Source: Opitutales bacterium (lineage in GTDB: Bacteria > Verrucomicrobiota > Verrucomicrobiia > Opitutales > T3Sed10-336). Taken from it: a stretch of 64,000 nucleotides of DNA. The notes below the pieces were generated by a model that did not search any database, was not told where the DNA came from, and saw only the letters and a program-made list of their open reading frames with translations. This document shows positions 39,507-48,359 of this stretch, one piece after another; position 1 is the first letter of the stretch; the number at the start of each line of letters is the position of its first letter. The translations under genes were made by a program, and so were the position numbers. Where the stretch lies: contig JAIUMY010000001.1 of assembly GCA_022565335.1 (NCBI GenBank), forward strand, positions 87,856-151,855, read 5' to 3'.

Positions 39507-41051
39507 TCACAGATCGTATTGATCGATCCGCTTGCGCAGAGTGGCGCGGGTGATCCCGAGCAGTTTGGAAGCTTTCACCTGATTTCCTCCGGTCTCCCGG
39601 AGCACTCGGCGAATCAATTCTTTTTCCACCACGGAAAGAAGATTGCCGGAGGCCTCAGCTCTGGTTTTTTCATAGAGCTGATCCCATAAATCCCCCACCG
39701 AAAGACTTTCCAACAACGAGGGGGCCTCTTCCCGGGAAGCCCGGGAAATCGCATGAGGAGAAAAATCCTCGTCCCCCAAGCTTTCTAAGGGGGTCTCCGA
39801 TCGACCCTCATCTGCATCTTCCGGGCCAAGGCCCTTCGAGCTCTCCGACAGTTGTCCGTGGCGGATCTCTTCCGGCAGGTCTTTTATCAAAATAGCTTCC
39901 CCTTGCGCCAGCACCGCACTGCGGTAGATCACATTCTCCAACTCCCGCACATTCCCCGGCCAGTTGTAGTGTTTGAGCAGGGTCATCGCCTCAGGGGAAA
40001 CTTTGTTTACATGGGTCTGCTGTTTTTTGACCAGCTTCTGCAAAGCAAAGTCGATCAGATCGGGAATATCCTCTTTCCGCTCCCGCAAGGCGGGCAGGCG
40101 CAAGCGAACGACATTCAACCGGTAATACAAATCCTCCCGAAAGGTCTTTTCGGCGACCATCTCCTCCAGATTCCGATTGGTCGCGGCAATGATCCGCACA
40201 TTGGTTTTCAGGGTTTTCATCCCCCCCACCCGCTGGTATTCGCCATCTTGAATGACCCGGAGAATTTTGGTCTGGGTGGGGAGCGCCATGTCCCCGATTT
40301 CATCCAGGAAAATTGTTCCGCCATCACAAACCTCGAATTTTCCGATTCGCTGTCCGGTCGCTCCGGTAAAGGAGCCCTTCTCGTGCCCAAAAAGCTCGCT
40401 CTCAATCAAATTCTCCGGAATCGCCGCACAATTGACCGCCACAAAGGGTTTTTGCGTCCGCCGACTGTGCTGATAAATGCCTCGCGCAACCAGTTCCTTA
40501 CCCGTACCGCTTTCCCCCGTAATCAAAACCGTCACGTCCGAAAAGGCGACTTGGCCGATCACTTTGAAAACTTCCTGCATGGCCTCCGATTTTCCCACCA
40601 TCCCCTCTTTGTAGTCATCGGTATTTAAAATAGGACGGTCCTCTTTATCGCGCAAACTGACCAAATCCCGATACGCATTGAGCGCCCCCTCGGTAAGAGC
40701 AATAACCTTTTTAATATCGAAGGGCTTCATGATGTAATCGAAGGCCCCGAATTTCATCGCCTCAATCGCCGTCTGCGTGGTCCCGAAGGCCGTCATTAGG
40801 ATGACCATTGGCTTAGGTTCGATGCTGCGCAAATGTTGCAGCGTCTCAAGCCCGCTCATTCCCCCCATGCGAATATCCATAAACACCACTTGCGGCTTGG
40901 CCTCCTTCACCACTTCCAGCCCTTCCTCCCCGCTGCCTGCGGTTAGGACCTGATACTTTCTGGAGGAAAGAACCCGTTCAAGGGAATAACGAATCTCCTT
41001 ATCGTCGTCGATGACGAGAATTTTTGGTTCTGCTGTTGCCGCGCTGGTCAT
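39507..41051 (-). CDS. Sigma-54-dependent response regulator (REC-AAA+-HTH_8, NtrC/AtoC family)
   Basis: [22 protein letters not shown] (GAFTGA variant), [23 protein letters not shown] and [19 protein letters not shown]. Confidence 0.95.
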   Translation of the reverse strand: MTSAATAEPKILVIDDDKEIRYSLERVLSSRKYQVLTAGSGEEGLEVVKEAKPQVVFMDIRMGGMSGLETLQHLRSIEPKPMVILMTAFGTTQTAIEAMKFGAFDYIMKPFDIKKVIALTEGALNAYRDLVSLRDKEDRPILNTDDYKEGMVGKSEAMQEVFKVIGQVAFSDVTVLITGESGTGKELVARGIYQHSRRTQKPFVAVNCAAIPENLIESELFGHEKGSFTGATGQRIGKFEVCDGGTIFLDEIGDMALPTQTKILRVIQDGEYQRVGGMKTLKTNVRIIAATNRNLEEMVAEKTFREDLYYRLNVVRLRLPALRERKEDIPDLIDFALQKLVKKQQTHVNKVSPEAMTLLKHYNWPGNVRELENVIYRSAVLAQGEAILIKDLPEEIRHGQLSESSKGLGPEDADEGRSETPLESLGDEDFSPHAISRASREEAPSLLESLSVGDLWDQLYEKTRAEASGNLLSVVEKELIRRVLRETGGNQVKASKLLGITRATLRKRIDQYDL

Positions 41052-41119
41052 TAAAAAATAGTTTGTTTCGTGTATGCTTCTCCGATTTTTTCAATCGCCT
41101 GACTTTAAAGAAAATTAAG

Positions 41120-42268
41120 ATGCGCTCTTGGTCAATTCACTTGTTTTCTCCTTTTGGCATCCGTTTGGATGTTCATCTTACCTTTTTCCTGCTACTGGCC
41201 TTTATCGCCTTTGTCGGTTGGAGCAATGCTGGACCCCTTGGTATGACTTGGCAAGTCGGGGTTTTGCTTTTGATTTTCGTCTGCGTCGTTTTGCACGAGC
41301 TGGGACACAGTCTGGCCGCCCGGCGATATGGAATCCCCGTTGACCGTATTCTGCTGCTCCCCATCGGAGGAATGGCGCAATTCCGGCAAATACCCCGCGA
41401 TCCGTGGAAGGAACTGATGATTACCATAGCCGGACCAGCGGTAAATTTTTTCCTCGCGGCGGTGCTCTTTCTCGGTTTGCCCGACCCATGGGGATTCCTC
41501 CAACCGGATTTCAACCTCTATTCCCTTGAGGGGCTTCTGCAAGTGGTCTTCGCCGTCAATGTGATCATGGGGGTCTTCAACCTTTTGCCCATTTTCCCCA
41601 TGGACGGGGGGAGAATCTTTCGCGCTCTGTTGGCCTACCGGCTCACTTATTTGAACGCCACCTTTGTCGCTGCCACGGTGGCCAAGGTTCTGGCCGCTGC
41701 GGGGATCCTGATGGCGCTTTTTGTTCTACAAAATCTGCTTCTGGCGATCCTTTTTACTTTCATTTTTATCGGGGGCGAAATGGAATACCAATCCCTCCGC
41801 CGAAGTTCCCCCAACAAAAAAACCGCCAATTGGTTTGTCGGGGATCTGACTCGCCGCTCCTTCCTGACCATCCCGGCCCACTACAGTTTGCGGGAAGCCC
41901 TTACAACCCTTGCCCTGCACCGCCCCCAGGACCTGGTGGTAATGGACGAGTACGGGTGCGCGGGAGTCCTGACCAAGGAAAAACTGAAGGAGGCCCTACA
42001 CGATGGCAAAGCCCATCAGCCGGTTACCGAACATCTGCCCGAAAAGTTTCCCCAACTCCAAGCCAATTGGCCGGTATACACCGTCTTTGAATTACTCGAC
42101 CGGGAAGAACAAACGATTTTCCCGGTCTTTGAAAACGGGGTTCTTATCGGTGTGATTGATGCCTCCCATGTGGATGAGTCCCTGGAGTGGTTGAACCTGC
42201 GGGCCAAATACCAACCTCCGCCAACAACTCCAAACCAGCCTCTAACGACGCCGCCCAAACTGCCTTAG
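41120..42268 (+). CDS. Site-2 protease (M50) with C-terminal CBS domains
   Basis: HELGH, LLPIGG, AGPAVN and FNLLPIFPMDGG, followed by a degenerate CBS pair. Start re-set to ATG 41120. Confidence 0.9.
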   Translation: MRSWSIHLFSPFGIRLDVHLTFFLLLAFIAFVGWSNAGPLGMTWQVGVLLLIFVCVVLHELGHSLAARRYGIPVDRILLLPIGGMAQFRQIPRDPWKELMITIAGPAVNFFLAAVLFLGLPDPWGFLQPDFNLYSLEGLLQVVFAVNVIMGVFNLLPIFPMDGGRIFRALLAYRLTYLNATFVAATVAKVLAAAGILMALFVLQNLLLAILFTFIFIGGEMEYQSLRRSSPNKKTANWFVGDLTRRSFLTIPAHYSLREALTTLALHRPQDLVVMDEYGCAGVLTKEKLKEALHDGKAHQPVTEHLPEKFPQLQANWPVYTVFELLDREEQTIFPVFENGVLIGVIDASHVDESLEWLNLRAKYQPPPTTPNQPLTTPPKLP

Positions 42269-42353
42269 ACCGCTAAAATGTGAACTCGGCTCTCTTTCCT
42301 TGCCGCGGGAGGGGTCTTGCCTTTTAACACCTATTGGCGATAGTTTTCACGAC

Positions 42354-42716
42354 ATGGATAGCATTCGCTTGGAAAAATTGAGCTTTTACGGTTACCACGG
42401 GGTTTTACCGGAAGAACAGCAACTGGGACAAAGATTTTTAGTGTCGCTGGAGATCTTTGTCGACTTGCGCAAGGCCGGCCAAAGCGACGACCTTTCCCTA
42501 ACTCTCGATTACGGAAAAATTGCCCAAACCACCCAATCGCTGGTTGAGGGAAAACCAGTCCAACTGTTGGAACACCTGGCGACGAATCTCATCGAAACAC
42601 TATTTCATGAATATCCCGCAATGGAGGAGATTCGGGTCTCCATCGACAAACCTTCACCACCCCTCCCCCAAACTTTGGCATCGGTAGGAATTACGCTACG
42701 GCGCAAGAGAATCTGA
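42354..42716 (+). CDS. folB: Dihydroneopterin aldolase
   Basis: YGYHGVLPEE..LGQRF, DDLSLTLDYG, LLEHLA and IDKP. Confidence 0.94.
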   Translation: MDSIRLEKLSFYGYHGVLPEEQQLGQRFLVSLEIFVDLRKAGQSDDLSLTLDYGKIAQTTQSLVEGKPVQLLEHLATNLIETLFHEYPAMEEIRVSIDKPSPPLPQTLASVGITLRRKRI

Positions 42717-42717
42717 T

Positions 42718-43209
42718 ATGGGAGCACCGAGGTCGCCAGAACCAGTCTTGATCGCATTCGGGTCCAATCTAGGCAACCGGAGGAAAAATCTCGAATGGGC
42801 TTTGCAACAACTCTCCAAATGCGAGGGAGTTTCTTGCCTGCATGCCAGCTCTTTTCAAGAAACCGAACCGGTCGGTTATGCCGAGCAACCTCGTTTTCTC
42901 AATGGCGCCGTTTTCTTGAATTTCCACGGTTCGGTGCAAGAATTACTGGCCCTCCTGCAAGCCATTGAAAAGGTCGCGGGAAAGGCAACCCCCTTTCCCA
43001 ACGGCCCCCGCACACTGGACCTCGACATCATTTTCTTCGGATCCCTCGTACACTCCGCTCCCGACCTAACCGTCCCCCATCCCCGTTGGGCCGAACGAAA
43101 TTTCGTGGTCGAACCTCTTCAGGAGATCGCCCACGCTCTCTCCTCCGAAACCTTTCCCCCGGCATGGCAAGCGAAAATCAACGCGGCCGCCGAAAAGCTC
43201 CAAGCTTGA
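42718..43209 (+). CDS. folK: 2-amino-4-hydroxy-6-hydroxymethyldihydropteridine diphosphokinase
   Basis: AFGSNLG, ETEPVG, QPRFLN, GPRTLDLDII, VPHPR and RNFV. Confidence 0.94.
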   Translation: MGAPRSPEPVLIAFGSNLGNRRKNLEWALQQLSKCEGVSCLHASSFQETEPVGYAEQPRFLNGAVFLNFHGSVQELLALLQAIEKVAGKATPFPNGPRTLDLDIIFFGSLVHSAPDLTVPHPRWAERNFVVEPLQEIAHALSSETFPPAWQAKINAAAEKLQA

Positions 43210-43261
43210 CCCACCTCTTTCGGAATCCCCGAACCGAAAATGACCTAAGTATAGGAGAGGT

Positions 43262-43387
43262 ACTATGGAGAAAATTTTATGAGCATTTATTGTCGGAGGG
43301 ACTTTACGTCCCGATTGGGAGCGGGTTGAGTCGTCAAACTCTTTCCCTAATCGTTTGAGCCAGGCGATCCCTCCCTCTTTCCATAGT
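43262..43387 (+). ncRNA. Candidate rod-shaped structured RNA (6S RNA-like)
   Basis: Nested stems read by hand: 43262-71/43378-87, 43295-301/43368-74, 43307-10/43363-66, and a long terminal hairpin 43312-43353 with a GTCG loop. G-U pairs favour the plus strand. Confidence 0.45.
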
Positions 43388-43445
43388 TTCAACTGCCGGA
43401 TTAACGGTTAAAACGAGCGACGCCCCTCCGGCGCAGCGAGGCAAT

Positions 43446-44429
43446 CTATTTTTCCACCCAATCGCTGAGACCTTTGCGACGCAAATTCTCCTCATCGGCT
43501 GGCTCCACGTGCACTAAAACATCCACCACCTCAGGATGATTGTTCATGAGCGTTTCCTTGGCTTTTTTGGCAATCTCGTGGCCTTTCCGGACAGAAATCG
43601 AGGGGTCAACCTGCAAATGGAAATCCACCAATAACCGGTCGCCGCTCCGGCGGGCCCGAAACTGGTGGTACCCGAGCACCCCGGGAATGGGCAAAAGATG
43701 CTCACGGAGATCATCAACCAAAACCTGCTCCGGCAAAGTATCCAGCAAATCCTTCACCGAACGCACCGCCATTCGTCCCCCCTCCAACAAAAGATAGCCC
43801 GCCAGGAGCAATCCTACCAGACTGTCCAGAAAGATCAGCGCCGCCCCGCCATAGATGGCCAACCCCAACCCGAAAAGAACGATCAAGGAGCTGATACTAT
43901 CGGTGCGCTGGTGAACTGCGTTATCGCGAATCAGCTGGGAATCAAGTTTATTTCCGGCCCTCCGGGTACCCCAAAAAAGTGCTTCCTTACTCCCCAGCGC
44001 AAAAAGAACAATAAACAAAGCCCACCCCTCGGGACGGACCGGATCATCGCCGCGCAAAACATGAAGACTGCTGGCGACCAACCCCACCGCGAAGGCAATA
44101 ATCAACACTGCGATTAAGAAAGAAACCAGGGTGGTTACGCGCCGGTGGCCGTAAGGGTGATTGGCATCACTGGGGCAACGGGCGTAATACAGGGCAAAAA
44201 CCACCGCCAGATCCCCCGCAAGGTCACTCAGACTGTGTACCGCATCAGCCAGTAAGGCACGGGAATTGCCGAGCCATCCCCCCAGCGCCTTGAGCAAGGT
44301 CAGCAACAGGTTCGCGCCAAGAGCCAATAGGGTCACCCCCAAACCGGGCGTCCGCCAAAATCCACCGACCGGTTCCGGGGGAAGGTCTTGCGCCCCGAGC
44401 CTCTTTTCCACATTATACATCGTTTGCAT
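43446..44429 (-). CDS. Cation diffusion facilitator transporter (FieF-like)
   Basis: ALLADAVHSLSD, HPYGH, HQRTD, multi-TM body and C-terminal ZT_dimer domain (GHEIA...VLVHVEP). Confidence 0.92.
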   Translation of the reverse strand: MQTMYNVEKRLGAQDLPPEPVGGFWRTPGLGVTLLALGANLLLTLLKALGGWLGNSRALLADAVHSLSDLAGDLAVVFALYYARCPSDANHPYGHRRVTTLVSFLIAVLIIAFAVGLVASSLHVLRGDDPVRPEGWALFIVLFALGSKEALFWGTRRAGNKLDSQLIRDNAVHQRTDSISSLIVLFGLGLAIYGGAALIFLDSLVGLLLAGYLLLEGGRMAVRSVKDLLDTLPEQVLVDDLREHLLPIPGVLGYHQFRARRSGDRLLVDFHLQVDPSISVRKGHEIAKKAKETLMNNHPEVVDVLVHVEPADEENLRRKGLSDWVEK

Positions 44430-44476
44430 TCTATAAACCTTTCCTCCGGAAAACGAGAATTTTCGACCTCCGAACC

Positions 44477-45634
44477 ATGTCTGAACAGAATCTTACCGAC
44501 GCCGAAATCACCCGCTACAGCCGCCAAACCATTCTCCCCGGAGTGGGTTTGGAGGGCCAAAGAAAGCTAAAGAACCGCCGGGTCCTGGTCGTCGGTGCCG
44601 GCGGCCTGGGCAGTCCAGTCCTTCTCTATCTGGCCGCCGGAGGCCTTGGCACCCTGGGCATTGCCGATCCCGACACCGTGACCACCCACAACCTGCAACG
44701 GCAGATCATCCACGACACCCCTAGCGAAGGCGAACGGAAGGTCACCGTCGCCCGGCAAAAAATCGAAGCGCTCAATCCCCACACCAAAACCATCGAACAC
44801 TCCACCGGCATAACTCCGGAAAACGCCTTGGGGATTTTCTCGGAGTATGATCTGATCATCGACGCCACCGATAATTTCCCTACCCGTTTTCTCAACAACG
44901 ATGCCGCCTACCTCGCCGGAAAACCGCTGGTCTCCGGCAGCATCCTCCGGTTCGAAGGACAATTCGCCCTCTTCGACCCAAACCGTAGCGGGCCCTGTTA
45001 CCGCTGCCTTTTCCCCCGTATGCCCGAACCGGGGAGCGTTCCCAACTGTGCCGAAGCGGGAGTTCTGGGAGCCCTGGCCGGGATCATTGGAAGTGCCCAG
45101 GCCTTTCTCGCCATTCGCTATCTTCTCGGAATTGGCGATGCCGCTCTCGGGAAGCTCACCGTTTACCGCGGCACCGAAAATCAATTTCGCACTTTACAGG
45201 TGAAAAAAGATCCGGATTGTCCTCTTTGTTCAGCAAAGCCCGAAATCATGGAAATCGATCCACAAAACTACCAATGGCAGTGTTCCTCCGAAGCCCCTGC
45301 CGAGGATGAACTCCCTCTTGAAATTCCCGTACGGGAAGCCGCCGAACGTCTCCGCGCCGCCCCCGAAAGTCACTTCCTCCTCGACGTTCGGGAACCCGGC
45401 GAGTGGGATCTGGTGCGGATTCCCGAGGCCCAACTCATCCCCATGGGAAACATTGCTGACCAAGCCGAAGCCTTGCCCCGGGACAAAACCATTCTGGTCC
45501 ATTGCCACCACGGGATGCGCAGTTTGCGGGTGACCCAGTTTTTGCGCCAAAAAGGATTCTCCACAGTGACCAACATCGCGGGCGGCATCGATGCCTGGGC
45601 CCGCGAGATCGACCCTTCCCTGCCCAGGTATTAA
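44477..45634 (+). CDS. moeB: MoeB/ThiF adenylyltransferase with C-terminal rhodanese (MoeZ-like)
   Basis: RYSRQ, GAGGLG, NLQRQ, DATDNF, CYRC, NCAEAGVLG, CPLC and rhodanese LLDVRE...CHHGMRS. Confidence 0.92.
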   Translation: MSEQNLTDAEITRYSRQTILPGVGLEGQRKLKNRRVLVVGAGGLGSPVLLYLAAGGLGTLGIADPDTVTTHNLQRQIIHDTPSEGERKVTVARQKIEALNPHTKTIEHSTGITPENALGIFSEYDLIIDATDNFPTRFLNNDAAYLAGKPLVSGSILRFEGQFALFDPNRSGPCYRCLFPRMPEPGSVPNCAEAGVLGALAGIIGSAQAFLAIRYLLGIGDAALGKLTVYRGTENQFRTLQVKKDPDCPLCSAKPEIMEIDPQNYQWQCSSEAPAEDELPLEIPVREAAERLRAAPESHFLLDVREPGEWDLVRIPEAQLIPMGNIADQAEALPRDKTILVHCHHGMRSLRVTQFLRQKGFSTVTNIAGGIDAWAREIDPSLPRY

Positions 45635-45684
45635 AGGGAAATTTTTGTTTCATATTTCGCCCTTTTCGGTTATGCTTTTTTCCT

Positions 45685-48120
45685 ATGCTGAAAAGCCAAT
45701 TGCCCCTTATTGCCGCGCTCGCACTCACCCTCCCCACGTTTCTCATGGCCTCTTGGGCCGAGGATTTCGATTACGCGGAAGGTGATCTCTTTCCCCAAAG
45801 CGACTGGTCCTTCACCCGCAGCGAAACCCCGCCAAGTGACCCTGAAGAACCGGCTGATGACGAGCTTTTTGTCGTCATCCCGGTCAGCGAAATTTCCTCT
45901 TCATCCGACGAATTTCGCTATCGCAACGCCTTCCTGGATAAGGACGGAGGGGATTTTTCTCTTCTCGTGCGCTCCGGCAGTGGTCAGCCACGCGCCGTCT
46001 ATGAACTTCCAAAATCCTTGCAAATCGGTCCTGGGGAGACCCTCTACTTCAGCGTCCTCACCCAGGACCTGGGAGGAAATGGATTCGGCTGGTTTGCCTT
46101 TGGCGATAACGATGCCGACGATCCTTCCCTGGGCTTTCGCCAATCCCGTAGCCCCTTGGTCTATGCGGCAAGGGCCCGAGACGAGGGCGGATTTTCCGAA
46201 CAGGCCGAAGGCGACGAAATTGCCTATCGGGAAGATCAACCCAATTTGATTATCGGCAAAATAGAACGGGCCTCCGCCGCCGGTGAGCTCGACCGGGTGG
46301 CCATTTCCGTCAATCCTCCGGACCATCGCCGGCCAGCAAAGTGGGACAGTGTGGCGGAGCTGGCGACGGGCTTGGAATCCTTATCGAAGTTATGGATTCG
46401 CAAAGGAAATGTCGGGGGCCAAACGGTCTATGATCGCATCCGCCTGGGCCATTCCTACGAGGAGGTCATTCGCGCCAACCCCATTGCCTACCGACCCCTC
46501 TTCGGAGCGCGCAATCTGGCGCGCGGACAACAAGCGCCGGATGGCTTACGCATAGCCAAAACCTCCTCCGGGCAAAAACAACCGGAATTCTGGCTGCACA
46601 CCCTCCCCCCTGCCCCCATGCTACAATGGCGCGTGGAGTTCAGTGAGGACCTCCAGGAATGGGCTTCCCTTGGAAATGAGGAGCTTATCGCCGAAAAGGA
46701 GATCCCTCACCAGGAAGGACTGGGCTCCTGGCAGTTGGTCCGACACGACCAGAGCGCCAATGGCGACCAGCCTTCACAACGTGGTTTCTATCGGGTACGG
46801 GCCGAAGTGGAGGAAGGTGCCGAACCGTTTCCCAATGCCGTTACCGCAACGCTGCAAAAGGAAATCGTCTACCAAGAGATCGATGGCTTTGGAGCCAGCC
46901 TCGCCTATACCGCCCAAAATATCACCGAGGAATTGGCCGACCTCCTCTTTGACGAGACCCAGGGTCTCGGCTTTTCCCTCGCCCGCATTCGGATCAATTT
47001 CCGCAATACCGATGAGGACGGCACGGTCACACCCAATTCCTGGGAATGGCGGGCCGCCCTCAAAGCCCAGGAGCGGGGAGCCCGGGTCTGGGCCTCTCCC
47101 TGGAGCGCCAATAAGAACTTGAAGGAGGACCCCAAAGGCGAGCACGGACATCGAGAGGGCTCTTTGAAGAAGGAAGAATACCCCACCTATGCGGAGAATT
47201 TGCGGGATTTTATCACTTGGGCGAACGGGCAAGGCATCGATCTCTACGCGATTTCACCGCAGAACGAGCCGGATTATCGGTTCGGCAGTAATGAGTCGAT
47301 GGATTGGGAACCGCAGGAACTCTACGACTTTATTGCGCAGAACCTCCGGCCCACCCTGGACGCCGCGGGCTACGAAGATTTCCCCATCGTGGCCCCGGAA
47401 CTCATGGATTGGCACCGCCAGAATGGCTGGGAAGCCTTTTACGACCATCCTGATGTCGATATCCTTGCCTTTCATAATTACGACTGGTCGTATGATTTTT
47501 TTAACAGCGGCAAGGATACCCGCTACCCCGACGAGGTCGATACCGATAAAACGATTTGGCAGACCGAAATCTCGGATGTGTTTTCCGGCGAGACCAATAC
47601 CGATACCATTGAGGATGCTCTGGTTTGGGCGAAACACATTCATCGCTTTCTCACCAAGGCCAACGGCAGCGCCTGGCATTGGTGGTGGTTTGTCCCCACC
47701 AGCAACGACGGCAGCAATAATGAAACGATTATGGCGGATCGCAGCGGCGCCTATTCCGGGAGCGAACCGGAAGAGGGTGAGCTCAAGGTTTTAAAACGCG
47801 GCTATGGCATAGGTCAGTTTGCCCGCTTTGTCCGTCCCGGAGACCAGCGGATTCACCTCGACTACGAAGATCCCTCGGGCGAGGTGCGGCTTTCCGCATT
47901 CCAGGGCCGGGGAAAAGTAACTATCGTGGCCATCAACGAGGGGGAATTCCCCCGGGGGTTGCGATTGGATAATATCCCCACCGAGCTTTCCCTCGTTACG
48001 GCGTGGTTGACCACGGCCGATGACGATCTCGCAAGCCAAGGGCATATGCGCCGGTCGAACCAAGAACCTTTCGAAGTCATCCTCCCCGCCCAATCCATCG
48101 GAACTTTGGTTTTTCAATGA
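45685..48120 (+). CDS. Secreted modular glycoside hydrolase, family GH30 catalytic domain at C-terminus
   Basis: Signal peptide MLKSQLPLIAALALTLPTFLMASWA. GH30 motifs IDGFGAS, WASPWS, ISPQNEPD (acid/base), WQTE (nucleophile) and GQFARFVRPG. Confidence 0.85.
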   Translation: MLKSQLPLIAALALTLPTFLMASWAEDFDYAEGDLFPQSDWSFTRSETPPSDPEEPADDELFVVIPVSEISSSSDEFRYRNAFLDKDGGDFSLLVRSGSGQPRAVYELPKSLQIGPGETLYFSVLTQDLGGNGFGWFAFGDNDADDPSLGFRQSRSPLVYAARARDEGGFSEQAEGDEIAYREDQPNLIIGKIERASAAGELDRVAISVNPPDHRRPAKWDSVAELATGLESLSKLWIRKGNVGGQTVYDRIRLGHSYEEVIRANPIAYRPLFGARNLARGQQAPDGLRIAKTSSGQKQPEFWLHTLPPAPMLQWRVEFSEDLQEWASLGNEELIAEKEIPHQEGLGSWQLVRHDQSANGDQPSQRGFYRVRAEVEEGAEPFPNAVTATLQKEIVYQEIDGFGASLAYTAQNITEELADLLFDETQGLGFSLARIRINFRNTDEDGTVTPNSWEWRAALKAQERGARVWASPWSANKNLKEDPKGEHGHREGSLKKEEYPTYAENLRDFITWANGQGIDLYAISPQNEPDYRFGSNESMDWEPQELYDFIAQNLRPTLDAAGYEDFPIVAPELMDWHRQNGWEAFYDHPDVDILAFHNYDWSYDFFNSGKDTRYPDEVDTDKTIWQTEISDVFSGETNTDTIEDALVWAKHIHRFLTKANGSAWHWWWFVPTSNDGSNNETIMADRSGAYSGSEPEEGELKVLKRGYGIGQFARFVRPGDQRIHLDYEDPSGEVRLSAFQGRGKVTIVAINEGEFPRGLRLDNIPTELSLVTAWLTTADDDLASQGHMRRSNQEPFEVILPAQSIGTLVFQ

Positions 48121-48179
48121 GGCATTGTTTCCGCCGCAAGAATATAGCTGTTTCGTCCCCGGTGCCCTCCGCGGCTAAC

Positions 48180-48359
48180 CAAGTCCCGATCTTCCGCCCG
48201 GATCAGGATCATTTGCGGTGGTCGCGCTTCAAGGGAAAGGCTCCGGAGGATATATATGCGGCTGTGCGCGATGAGGCGGTGGAACACGAAGCCCCGTCGG
48301 ACATCCTTGCCCGGCTGGCTAAACTGGAATCCGAGATCGCCGAGTCTGGCGGATCGTGA
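48180..48359 (+). pseudogene. hsdM: Internally deleted remnant of a type I restriction-modification M subunit (hsdM)
   Basis: PIFRPDQDHLRWSRFK...VRDE resembles an N-terminal HsdM segment. It is joined in frame to EAVEHEAPSDILARLAKLESEI, which resembles the HsdM C-terminal helix. No methyltransferase motifs lie between them. Confidence 0.65.

Noticed and set aside
43253-43329. Strong SD followed by MEKIL* and an overlapping 16-aa ORF as a type I toxin
   Set aside because: The peptides are too short or not hydrophobic. It is kept only as an alternative reading of the structured RNA finding.
43425-43447. GCGCAGCGAGGCAATCT resembling a REP-like repeat half
   Set aside because: Single partial copy with no matching arm elsewhere in the window.
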